In this document: positions 28,457 to 36,936 of the stretch, in pieces
How positions within the stretch are numbered: the stretch's first letter is position 1
Layout of the letters: each line of letters opens with the position of its first letter
Assembly: GCA_050121225.1 (NCBI GenBank)
Contig: JASFJP010000001.1
Location: forward strand, 1-36,936
Reading direction: 5' to 3'
Source of the DNA: Desulfobacterales bacterium
Lineage (GTDB): Bacteria; Desulfobacterota; Desulfobacteria; Desulfobacterales; JAFDCJ01
Length of the DNA stretch: 36,936 nt
The notes under the pieces: generated by a model
Told to the model about the DNA's origin: nothing
What the model saw: only the letters and a program-made list of their open reading frames with translations
The model's database searches: none
Position numbers and translations under genes: made by a program

Positions 28457-29842
28457 CTACAACAGCCCCTTGTTTTTAAGACGTCGGACGCAGTTGATGT
28501 CGATACCCAAGACCTCGGCAATGCGAATCTTGGCCTCCAAGCCTTTGGCACTGCCGGGCAACGGGTTCATGGTTCCAATCTCTAAATCTTCCCTAATTTC
28601 CGTCATAATTACCGGATCCGTAAGATCGAAAACCGATACCCTTAGTTTGTCGGCCACATACGCTTTGGCTGCGTCAATTTTCATGCCGCGGGTCATTTGC
28701 ATTCGGGCCACCAGATCTCCGGCCGCCCGCATACCGCCCATGCCCGAGGCAATCGCGTGGGAAATGGCCATGCCAAGCGGATCACCCACGCCAACCTACA
28801 ATCCGTCAAGCCGGCAGATTTCAACCATCGCCTTGGAGGCACGGGAAACAATATCTATCGGTGGATGGGCGTTCATCGGCACACCACCTACGCCCATGCC
28901 CATGTTGGCATGGATTGGAATGTTGGCCACTTCGCAACAGGCCTTAGTAAAGGTGATGGCCCTTGATAAGTTCCAGGGAATGGACCGACTGGTTTTGATA
29001 TTCACCACAGGTCCGAAAATCGTAAATCCTGCCTGTTCCGCAAATTTCACTTGATCATGGGGATACATTCCGGCTAAACGGTCCCCGTGATATTCCAGTT
29101 CGCCGTGCAACCCGAGGATGAACTCACCGGCCATTCCAAGCTCGATGCAGATATCGGGATATTTCTCTTTGAGGATCTCGGCGGCTTTAAGGCCTGCCAA
29201 AAAGTCGGGATCCCCGGCAGCCCCCGTAGTATCCATATTTATTCCGTCTGCTCCGGATTCATACATAGCGCTGGCGACATAAACAATATCCTTGACGGCA
29301 TCTTCGACCGATTTTTCGTAGGATTCCCTGGCGGCGGCGATCTTTCCCAGAGGTAGCAATTCCGAGGGGTTGGGATGGGGACCATCCGGTTGGCTGTAGA
29401 GACCCAGATTAGGCATGGCGCCATAGAAAAGCGGGACATGGGTGACCATTAGGGTTTGTTCAAGGGCCGTCTGCTCCGTGCCCAAGATCGGCTTGACCGG
29501 TTTGAAACTGTAGTCAACATGGCCCAATTCAATGGTATCGGCGCCCAAAATTTTTTCATGGATTTGCATCGATTGAATCGGATGAACGTTCACGGCCGCG
29601 CGAACGATTTTCAGCGGACCGCCGTCATAAGAAAGGACGACTTCGTTGCCCGGTTCGACACTAACAAAACGATAGGGAGAAACAAAAAGTTCGTACAGAT
29701 AGCGCAACTCTTCTTTGGAAAGCGGGGCTATCTTGCCGCGGTCGGCCGCATCTTCAGTACCGAGCTCCAAGTCCCCTTTAAGCTCGCTTTCACTCATTTC
29801 AACGGGAAATCCGTCGCCCATGCGGGTCATGATATTTCCCAT
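28457..29842 (-). CDS. mtbB: Pyrrolysine-containing dimethylamine methyltransferase MtbB (copy 2), 461 aa; in-frame TAG 28796-28798
   Basis: RLDGL-O-VGVGDPLG...GMGGMRAAGDLVARMQ; ORFs 28796..29842 and 28457..28789 are in frame; AAGGAGG RBS. Confidence 0.94.
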
Positions 29843-29889
29843 AAAGCCTCCTTTTTTACCCAGGCTATGGTAAGTGTATCCGTATTCGC

Positions 29890-31365
29890 CTATTTCCCGA
29901 CAATCCCTAACTCCTCTTCCGCCCCTTCCACAATAGAACGTATAGAGGCCAGAACATCATCAGGCAGCGGCTCCGGTTTGTGGGTTTCCAAAATATGACG
30001 GGCTTTTTCCAGAGCCCTTTGATAAATATCGGTACTGCCTGAAGCCTCCCAGTCCTCCCGCATTCTGCGGTCAATCAGTTTTGGCTCGGATTGGGATCTC
30101 ATGTGGTTGAAGGTGCTGTCATGGCTGAGAAAATCTTTTCCGACCCCAATTTCATGGATGACGTCCACCGCCAACATTTGATCATCGACCGGAATCCCCT
30201 GTAAAATGAACTTGATCATTCTGGCGAATTCATTGTCCATTACCAGTTGGCCAAAATCAATTGTCATACCCATTTCGATCATACCCAGGCCGTAAATCAG
30301 GTTGGCTCCTGCCAACGCCGGTAACAGGCCTGTGATGGTTTTTTCATGACCGGACTGGGCATCACAGACTTTACTGTCGCCCTACCCACCGGCAACCCAG
30401 CTGGGGAGTAAATAGTAAGTCGCCATTTGGGCTACACCGGCATTGATCAGGGCACACTCCGGCGACCCCACCGATGCGGATGCCAGTCTCAAATCCATAG
30501 CGGTTGTGGAGCTGCCGTAAACAAATTTTGCGCCCTTTTGGGTGCATTGGCTGAGGACAAGTCCACCGAGTACTTCCGCGTTGTGATCTACCAGAGTTCC
30601 AGCCAGAGTAACCGGTGAAGAGCCCCCGGACATGGCCATGGATAAAACATTTACGGTCAAACCGGCCCGGGCAGTTTCCATTATAATTTCACAGCTCTCT
30701 TTAAAGAGTTGTAGAGGGCTGACCGGGCAAGTGATAAACGAAATAATGGAGCGTTCTTGCAGTTTGTCTTTTCCGCCGACAATAGCCGCTGCCATCTCAA
30801 CAATTTTTCTCGTCAAATACCCGTTGCCGGAACCCATAAACCCATGTTTGGACGTATTGGGCAGCCAAGCTTCGGCATTATGAAGCTGTACCGTCTGTGT
30901 CGGCGCATCGCTGGCACCGACAGCCCGTTCATAAACGTCAATTTCGCTCAGGTAGTCGGCAATCAGAGCCGAAGCAGCCACATCGGCTTTCGTCGTTTCT
31001 CTGTGTTCTCCGGTGTATGGGTCGTTGATGAACACGCCTTCACCAAAATTCGTAAATCCCACCCGGTTGCTTTCCATGACGAAATCGTGCTTGGGGTTGC
31101 GCCCTGCCAACAGAATCTTTGAAGGTGCTGAACGGATAGCATCTTCAACCACATAGGGAGGCAACTTTGCAATTTTGCTTTTTTTGTCGATCGCAGCCCC
31201 CCCACCGTCAAGGACCTCCAAGGCTTCTTCATCATCGAAAAACAGCCCTGTGTTCTGCAGAACCTCAAGCGTGGCGAGATGAATATCATAAAGCTCGTCT
31301 TCGGTGAAAACCTGAAAACTCAGACCCCCTCGTCGCTTTTTACCGGCATGAATGTTGCGTCTCAA
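29890..31365 (-). CDS. mttB: Pyrrolysine-containing trimethylamine methyltransferase MttB (copy 2), 491 aa; in-frame TAG 30382-30384
   Basis: SWVAGG-O-GDSKVCDAQSGHEKT...LAGANLIYGLGMIE; TTG start after GGAGG RBS. Confidence 0.94.
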
Positions 31366-31570
31366 TGATGCACCTCCCTCCCGGTTTGAGAACCGTAAGA
31401 TCTATATAAGGTTATCCAAACAGCCCACCATTTAACGCACTTCCTAGTATCTCGGTTTGGTCATGCGGTTAGAAGTTTCCACAGCGAATTTATGATCTCG
31501 AATTCTTGGACAACACCGTCAAGGCAAGCATACATTTATGATCTGTCCATCAGGTAGTGTGACCGGCAAA

Positions 31571-32212
31571 TCATCCTTGACTCAACAATGCTTTAGCCTT
31601 TTCTGAAGCCGAACCAGCATTCGCACCGTAGGCATCGGCGCCGATTTCCTCGACAAAGCTTTGTGTCACCGGTGCGCCTCCAGCCATGATTTTTAGCTGA
31701 TCACGGATACCGGCCTCCTTCAGGGCAAGCACTGTTTCCGCCATTTTGGGCATGGTGGTCGTTAACAGAGCCGACATCCCCACAATCGCCGGTTGGTGCG
31801 TTTTTGTAGCCTCCACAAAATCCTGAGGTTTGACGTCTGTGCCCAAATCGATAACATTAAACCCCGCCCCTTGAAGCATCATTGATACTAAATTTTTCCC
31901 GATATCATGCAAATCTCCTTCTACAGTGCCGATAATCACGGTACCAAGCCCGCTGCTATCTTCTTCCGATAAATGGGGTTTTAGGATTTCCATGGCGGCT
32001 TGCATTGTCTTTGCGGAACGGAGGACTTCCGGAATAAACATTTCGCCTGTCTTCATCCGTTGGCCCACGATATCCATCCCTGGAATCAGGCCGCTGTCCA
32101 AAATATCCTTCGCCGCGAGGCCCTCTTCCATGCCCTCTTCAACTAGTTTGTTCACTGCTTCGGCGTTAGCACTAATCAAGGCTTCTGCCATCTTTCCATA
32201 TAATTCGGACAT
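31571..32212 (-). CDS. Methyltransferase cognate corrinoid protein
   Basis: GEMFIPEV, GTVEGDLHDIGKNLV, SALLTTTM, GGAPVT; AGGAG RBS. Confidence 0.93.
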   Translation of the reverse strand: MSELYGKMAEALISANAEAVNKLVEEGMEEGLAAKDILDSGLIPGMDIVGQRMKTGEMFIPEVLRSAKTMQAAMEILKPHLSEEDSSGLGTVIIGTVEGDLHDIGKNLVSMMLQGAGFNVIDLGTDVKPQDFVEATKTHQPAIVGMSALLTTTMPKMAETVLALKEAGIRDQLKIMAGGAPVTQSFVEEIGADAYGANAGSASEKAKALLSQG

Positions 32213-32472
32213 TTAAACTTCTCCTGAATAGCTGCTGCCCAGACGAAAATAATGTTAGAATCGTTCGGAGCAGGATCAATTTTTCACCACAAGTGCGCTA
32301 TGACCCACACGACCTCAACCTCTTTTTGGCATCCCTCCTTTCTTCGATGAAAATGGACTCCATTTTTGATCACGATGTCACCAAAATGATGGATACTATT
32401 TTCAAACTAACATTATGGGACTTGGATAGGCATGGTCTGTATTCTTCAAAATAATGGAGACAGGCAGCACAG

Positions 32473-33963
32473 TCACGCGACTTTGTTGTCCAATTTGAGT
32501 TCCTTTTCAAATTCGAACACAATTTCGCTCATGGTTTCGGCAGCGCCTTCCGGCAAGGGATAAGGTTTATGATTTTGAAGAACCTCAAGCGCCACCTCAT
32601 AGGCCCTCTCTGTCATATCCTTACCCTGGACCATTTCCATCCAATGATCACGTGATCTTCGATCCATCAAGCTTGTTCGGGACTGGCTACTCATAAACTT
32701 AAAGCTGTGTTCATGAGAGATGTATGCGCCCCCGGGTCCAACCTCATGGATTAAATCGAAAGCCAGGGTTTCGTCGGTTATCGTTATGCCTTTTAGGGCA
32801 GCCTGAACCATCCGGATCATTTCACTGTCCATAATCAGCTTGGCATAATCCATGGTCATGCCTTGTTCCAACACGCCGGAACCGAAAATAAGGTTGGCCC
32901 CAGCCAGTGCATCCAGGACAGCGCTGAGGGTGAACTCATACCCCGACTGGATGTCCGGTATCTTGCTGTCGGACGCGCCACCCCCCACAAAACAGGGTAG
33001 TCGGTAATATTGGGCGAGTTTGACGATCGAAGCATTTATCACGCCGTACTCCGGAGATCCGATGGCAGTGGTACCAAATCGTAAATCTAAAATCGTGCTG
33101 GAACTGCCGTAGGTACACGGCAGGCCTCTTCTCGTCAACTGCGCCAAGACGATACAGCCTAACACTTCTGCATTGTGGATGGCGAGGGTACCGGCCAATG
33201 TGGCCGGCGACGTTCCGCCGGAGAGGGCCATGGGCATCACCATGATCCCCACCCCCAGGGAGGCCGCTTTAATGGTAATGTCACAGGTGTTCTGGGGAAG
33301 AGTAAGTGGACTCAAGGGACACACGTTGACGGTAAAAATCGGGCGCGAAGAAAAAAATTCCTTTCCTCCGGTGCAGCATGCCGCCAGATCCACCATGACA
33401 TTCAACGCTCGCGGAGAATCAGCGCCTAGAAAAATATGCTTGCCGGTATTGCCCAGCATGGCTTCCAGGTTATGCGTGGACTGGCATTGATTCAGGACAT
33501 CGGTGGAGTTGACAGTTCTTTCGGCCACACAAATTTCATCCAGAAAGTCGCAGACCCGAGTGATGTCACCACAGTCTTTTTTGGTTGCCCGCCGAACTTG
33601 GCGCGTGATTGGATCAATGACATTAACGCATCCACCGAAAGTGGTAAAACCTACGCGATTGGGCTCCGCTACATAATCATCATTGGGATTGCGCGCATCA
33701 TAGACGACTGTCCTCGGCGCCCAGTGAACGCAGTCTTCAACCAGATAGGAAGGAATTTTAGCGATACCATATCCTCCGAATCGCTCAACCGCAGCTCCGG
33801 CGCCATGAAAGATTTCCAATGCCTCTTCGCTAATTACTTTTATTCCGGTATCTTGAAGAATCTGTATCGTAGCATAATGCAGGGAGTCCAGCTCATCCTT
33901 GGAATGAGTGCTTAAGCCAAAACCTGCGGTTGTTCCGATCCCGCTTCGAGTCATCCTTCGCAT
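32473..33963 (-). CDS. Non-pyrrolysine MttB-superfamily methyltransferase
   Basis: Collinear with the Pyl MttBs but uninterrupted; CFVGGG-A-SDSKIPDIQSGYE has Ala at the Pyl position. Confidence 0.9.
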   Translation of the reverse strand: MRRMTRSGIGTTAGFGLSTHSKDELDSLHYATIQILQDTGIKVISEEALEIFHGAGAAVERFGGYGIAKIPSYLVEDCVHWAPRTVVYDARNPNDDYVAEPNRVGFTTFGGCVNVIDPITRQVRRATKKDCGDITRVCDFLDEICVAERTVNSTDVLNQCQSTHNLEAMLGNTGKHIFLGADSPRALNVMVDLAACCTGGKEFFSSRPIFTVNVCPLSPLTLPQNTCDITIKAASLGVGIMVMPMALSGGTSPATLAGTLAIHNAEVLGCIVLAQLTRRGLPCTYGSSSTILDLRFGTTAIGSPEYGVINASIVKLAQYYRLPCFVGGGASDSKIPDIQSGYEFTLSAVLDALAGANLIFGSGVLEQGMTMDYAKLIMDSEMIRMVQAALKGITITDETLAFDLIHEVGPGGAYISHEHSFKFMSSQSRTSLMDRRSRDHWMEMVQGKDMTERAYEVALEVLQNHKPYPLPEGAAETMSEIVFEFEKELKLDNKVA

Positions 33964-34437
33964 GGCAACCCCCTAAATTTAAACGTTTTATTCATCGCCC
34001 ACTCCAACCCGATTTGACATTAAACACTCTGCAATTATTAATGGTAATGCAATTTTGCTTGATTTTCTATAAAAATCGCTATCACATTAGATTTTAAAAA
34101 GAGTCTCCGCCCAAGGGACGAGGTTTTCGGTGCTTTAGCTATCAATTTTATACGGACCCGATCAATGGCAACTGTCACATTTTCTGGCGGCGCTGTGCCT
34201 CCCAGGTTGCGCAATCAAACGATTTGTCCTAAATGCTCCTCCATTAGATAGTTGTCAACCCTTAATTTCTCATATTCTATCTGCAAATGTGAAAATGGTA
34301 AACCATAGCTGAAAGAGTGGACGTGGAGAAGAACTCCAGGCTATGAGGTTAGGTTCTGCCGGCGTTGTGAATTTGACTGTCCCTTCGGCCTATCTTGAAA
34401 CTAACCTGAGAGGTTTTTCCATGTTATCGTTTGGTCT

Positions 34438-35937
34438 TTATCGTTTCGGCGATTCTGATTCCAAATCACCGCCTCTCTGTGAGCGGCTCTTTTTTTTAAG
34501 TCGGTTTCGCTGCGGTTGTCGCTTTTGACTTGAATCCGCTGAAGTGTTGGGGGATTTTTCATTTTTCGGTTCAGGTCCGAAACCAAAAAAGGCGCCGGGA
34601 AAACGCGTCGTCTTGGTTTTATCCGGAGTCCGTTTACCCGGTTGTCGTCTGGAATCACGGCCTCGGCCGCGTCGCTGGATGGATCTTTTGCCACGTGCTT
34701 TTCGTTTGTCTGTTGAAGGTTTGGATTGATCCACCACAAACCAGTCATCCTCGGGCCAAACCACCGGAATCTTGTACCCCAGCATTTCCTCCAAAGGTTC
34801 TAAATGAAAAACATATTTCTCGCACGCCAGGGACAAAGCGCGCCCGGTTTTTCCCGCCCGTGCGGTTCTCCCAATCCGATGAATATAGTTTTCCGAATCC
34901 TGCGGAAGGTCGTAGTTGATGACATGGCTAATGTCTTCGACATGAATGCCCCGGGATGCCACATCGGTTGCGACCAAAATCTTTATTCGTCCGTTCTTAA
35001 ATTGTTCCATCAGGCGGAAACGTTTTCGTTGAGGAAGATCGCCTGTGATCCCTTCAGCCGGCAACCCGTTACCTTTCAGTTTATCAGACAGTCGTTCTAC
35101 TCCGACTTTGGTGTTGACAAATAACAGCACCCGGTTCCAATCTTCCCGCTCTAATATCCCTAAAAGCAGGGAAACTTTCTTCTCGCTCCCAATGTGGAAC
35201 AAGGACTGATCTATTCCTTCTACCGTAATCGTTTCCGGGGTGATGGCAATAAATTCCGGTAGGTTCATGTATTCATAGGTGAGTTCCATGACCCGATAGG
35301 AAAGGGTTGCAGAAAACAAAAGGGACTGCCGGTTTTCATAGGAGGGAAGATTGCGAAGAATATAGCGCATATCTTTGGCGAATCCAAGGTCCAGCAAGCG
35401 GTCCGCCTCATCAATAACCAGAACGCCAATCCCCTCTGTTTTGAATATACCCTGCTTATAGTAATCAATAATCCGGCCGGGTGTACAGATGATGATATCG
35501 GAACCCTGGCGCAGAGATTCAGCCTGCTTGTGATAATCGATTCCTCCAACCACCTGGACCAATTTTAAGTCGGTGTGGCGACAAAGAATTCGGGCCTCCT
35601 CAAAGATCTGGCGTGATAACTCCCGAGTTGGAGCCACAATAAGTGCCGAGGGTAGATCGGTCTTTCGCTGCGGAGAGGATAGGAATCTAGTGATAACCGT
35701 GACCAAAAAAGCTGCCGTCTTTCCAGTACCGGTCTGGGCCTGACCGGCGACATCACGGCCCGCCAAAGAAACCGGCAATGTTCGAGACTGGATCGGGGTA
35801 CAGAAGGTAAATCCAGCGTCGTTTAAACCGGAAAGAACTTCGGTTGGCAAGTTAAACTCATCGAAACGTGTTTGAGTCAGGAATTCAGGTTTTTCCGCCC
35901 TCTGAATGGGCAGTACTGGTTGAGAATCTTCCGGCAT
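34438..35937 (-). CDS. DEAD-box RNA helicase (RhlB-like) with basic C-terminal tail
   Basis: Q-motif GFTFCTPIQ, AQTGTGKT, PTREL, TPGR, DEAD, SAT, YIHRIGRTARAG; start uncertain (35937 chosen). Confidence 0.92.
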   Translation of the reverse strand: MPEDSQPVLPIQRAEKPEFLTQTRFDEFNLPTEVLSGLNDAGFTFCTPIQSRTLPVSLAGRDVAGQAQTGTGKTAAFLVTVITRFLSSPQRKTDLPSALIVAPTRELSRQIFEEARILCRHTDLKLVQVVGGIDYHKQAESLRQGSDIIICTPGRIIDYYKQGIFKTEGIGVLVIDEADRLLDLGFAKDMRYILRNLPSYENRQSLLFSATLSYRVMELTYEYMNLPEFIAITPETITVEGIDQSLFHIGSEKKVSLLLGILEREDWNRVLLFVNTKVGVERLSDKLKGNGLPAEGITGDLPQRKRFRLMEQFKNGRIKILVATDVASRGIHVEDISHVINYDLPQDSENYIHRIGRTARAGKTGRALSLACEKYVFHLEPLEEMLGYKIPVVWPEDDWFVVDQSKPSTDKRKARGKRSIQRRGRGRDSRRQPGKRTPDKTKTTRFPGAFFGFGPEPKNEKSPNTSADSSQKRQPQRNRLKKKSRSQRGGDLESESPKR

Positions 35938-36126
35938 AGATGTAATCTTTTCTTCGCTTTCCGGAAAAGCTTCGCTGTCGTATTTTTTGGATTTAAGTAG
36001 ATTATACTCGTATTTTTTATTATTGCAAGTCGCTTGACAATAACGGTTCACTATCCCATATTTGAATCGCTGCAGGTGTGGTTTAAATACTTTACAAAAC
36101 TAGCGAATGCTTGATCGAGAAAGATA

Positions 36127-36936
36127 ATGAAAGAGTTTTTCGACGTCATCACCATTGAGCAAGCGCTCGAGTATGCATCGACGTTTCCTAAAATGCAGAC
36201 TGAGAACGTCACATTAACCGAGTCTTTGGGAAGAGTTCTTGCAGAAGACATCCAGTCCGATATCGATCTGCCTGATTTTCCACGCTCAACCATGGACGGT
36301 TTTGCGGTCAAAGGATCATCCACGTTTGGTGCCAGTGAGGGAAATCCGGCATTTATCACGGTCAAGGGTACGGTCGCCATGGGAGAATCATCCAATCTGA
36401 CCATAGGTCCCGGAGAGGCCGTTCGAATTTCAACCGGAGGAATGCTGCCGAAAGGTGCGGACAGTGTGGTAATGGTTGAACACACCGAGACCATTGACGA
36501 AACGACTATTGAGGTTTCCCGCAGTGTAGCACCTGGACAAAATATGGTCGAGATCGGCGAAGATCTAAAAGACGGGGAAACGATTCTGACACGCGGCCGT
36601 AAAATTAGACCACAAGAAGCTGGTTTGCTGTCAGCACTCGGCAAACAATCTGTCGCAGTTTACAAGAAACCGGTCATTGGCATTATCTCCACCGGAGATG
36701 AGGTTGTCCCATTAAATAAGACCCCGGGATCCGGACAAATTCGTGATATCAACACCTATACCCTTTCCGCTCTGGCTCAAGAAAGCGGTGCCGCCGCATA
36801 CCCTTTTGGAATTGTGCGCGATGATTATAACACACTAGTGTCAATATGCTCCCAAGCATTGGCCCGATGTGACATGATCTTGGTATCCGGCGGCAGCTCA
36901 GTCGGTGCCCGTGACTTTACTATCGAAGTCATTTCC
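36127..36936 (+). CDS. moeA: Molybdopterin molybdotransferase MoeA (runs off window end)
   Basis: Manual translation MKEFFDV...LGRVLAEDI....DLPDFPRSTMDGFAV...ISTGGMLPKGADSVVMVE...ISTGDE...GQIRDIN...SGGSSVG. Confidence 0.92.
   Translation, partial: MKEFFDVITIEQALEYASTFPKMQTENVTLTESLGRVLAEDIQSDIDLPDFPRSTMDGFAVKGSSTFGASEGNPAFITVKGTVAMGESSNLTIGPGEAVRISTGGMLPKGADSVVMVEHTETIDETTIEVSRSVAPGQNMVEIGEDLKDGETILTRGRKIRPQEAGLLSALGKQSVAVYKKPVIGIISTGDEVVPLNKTPGSGQIRDINTYTLSALAQESGAAAYPFGIVRDDYNTLVSICSQALARCDMILVSGGSSVGARDFTIEVIS

Noticed and set aside
20547-30384. Reading the split mttB/mtbB ORFs as nonsense pseudogenes
   Set aside because: All four stops are TAG at the homologous Pyl position, and tRNA-Pyl is adjacent.
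34297-34345. GGTAAACCAT..GAAAGAGTGGACG resembles the start of a c-di-GMP-I riboswitch
   Set aside because: Lacks the following GCAAAGC and second stem, and points at the 3' end of an oppositely oriented gene.
34370-34450. Minus-strand AAACCTCTCAGG and GCCGAAGG, glycine-riboswitch-like words upstream of the non-Pyl mttB
   Set aside because: Motif order and stems do not fit the aptamer, and part overlaps the helicase CDS.
1-36936. Selenocysteine recoding, CRISPR arrays, transposases, integrases, rRNA
   Set aside because: TGA-ending genes look full length for their families; no repeat-spacer periodicity or such genes were seen.

Overview
Chromosomal segment of a probably anaerobic bacterium. 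Gene content suggests Desulfobacterota/Deltaproteobacteria, which is inference only. The core (about 19.5-34 kb) is a pyrrolysine (Pyl)-dependent methylamine utilisation island that the ORF track splits at amber codons. It has two convergent mttB-mtbB pairs, each gene with one in-frame TAG at the canonical Pyl site, a third non-Pyl MttB, two corrinoid proteins and an MtaA/MtbA-family methyltransferase. Between the pairs is an abbreviated pyl cluster: tRNA-Pyl(CUA), pylB and pylSn, without pylSc, pylC or pylD. It is followed by a degenerate CoA-transferase/GNAT fusion. The left part holds an AsmA-family gene, a DRG-like GTPase, a GT9 glycosyltransferase, an integrase-less integron cassette remnant, two internally deleted DUF362-like pseudogenes, nested inverted-repeat elements, a candidate sigma54-dependent anti-Shine-Dalgarno sRNA, an MFS transporter, amrS and a peptide-type ABC transporter with two Tat-exported binding proteins. 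The right end has a DEAD-box helicase and a truncated moeA. All family assignments come from motif recognition by eye; no searches were run.
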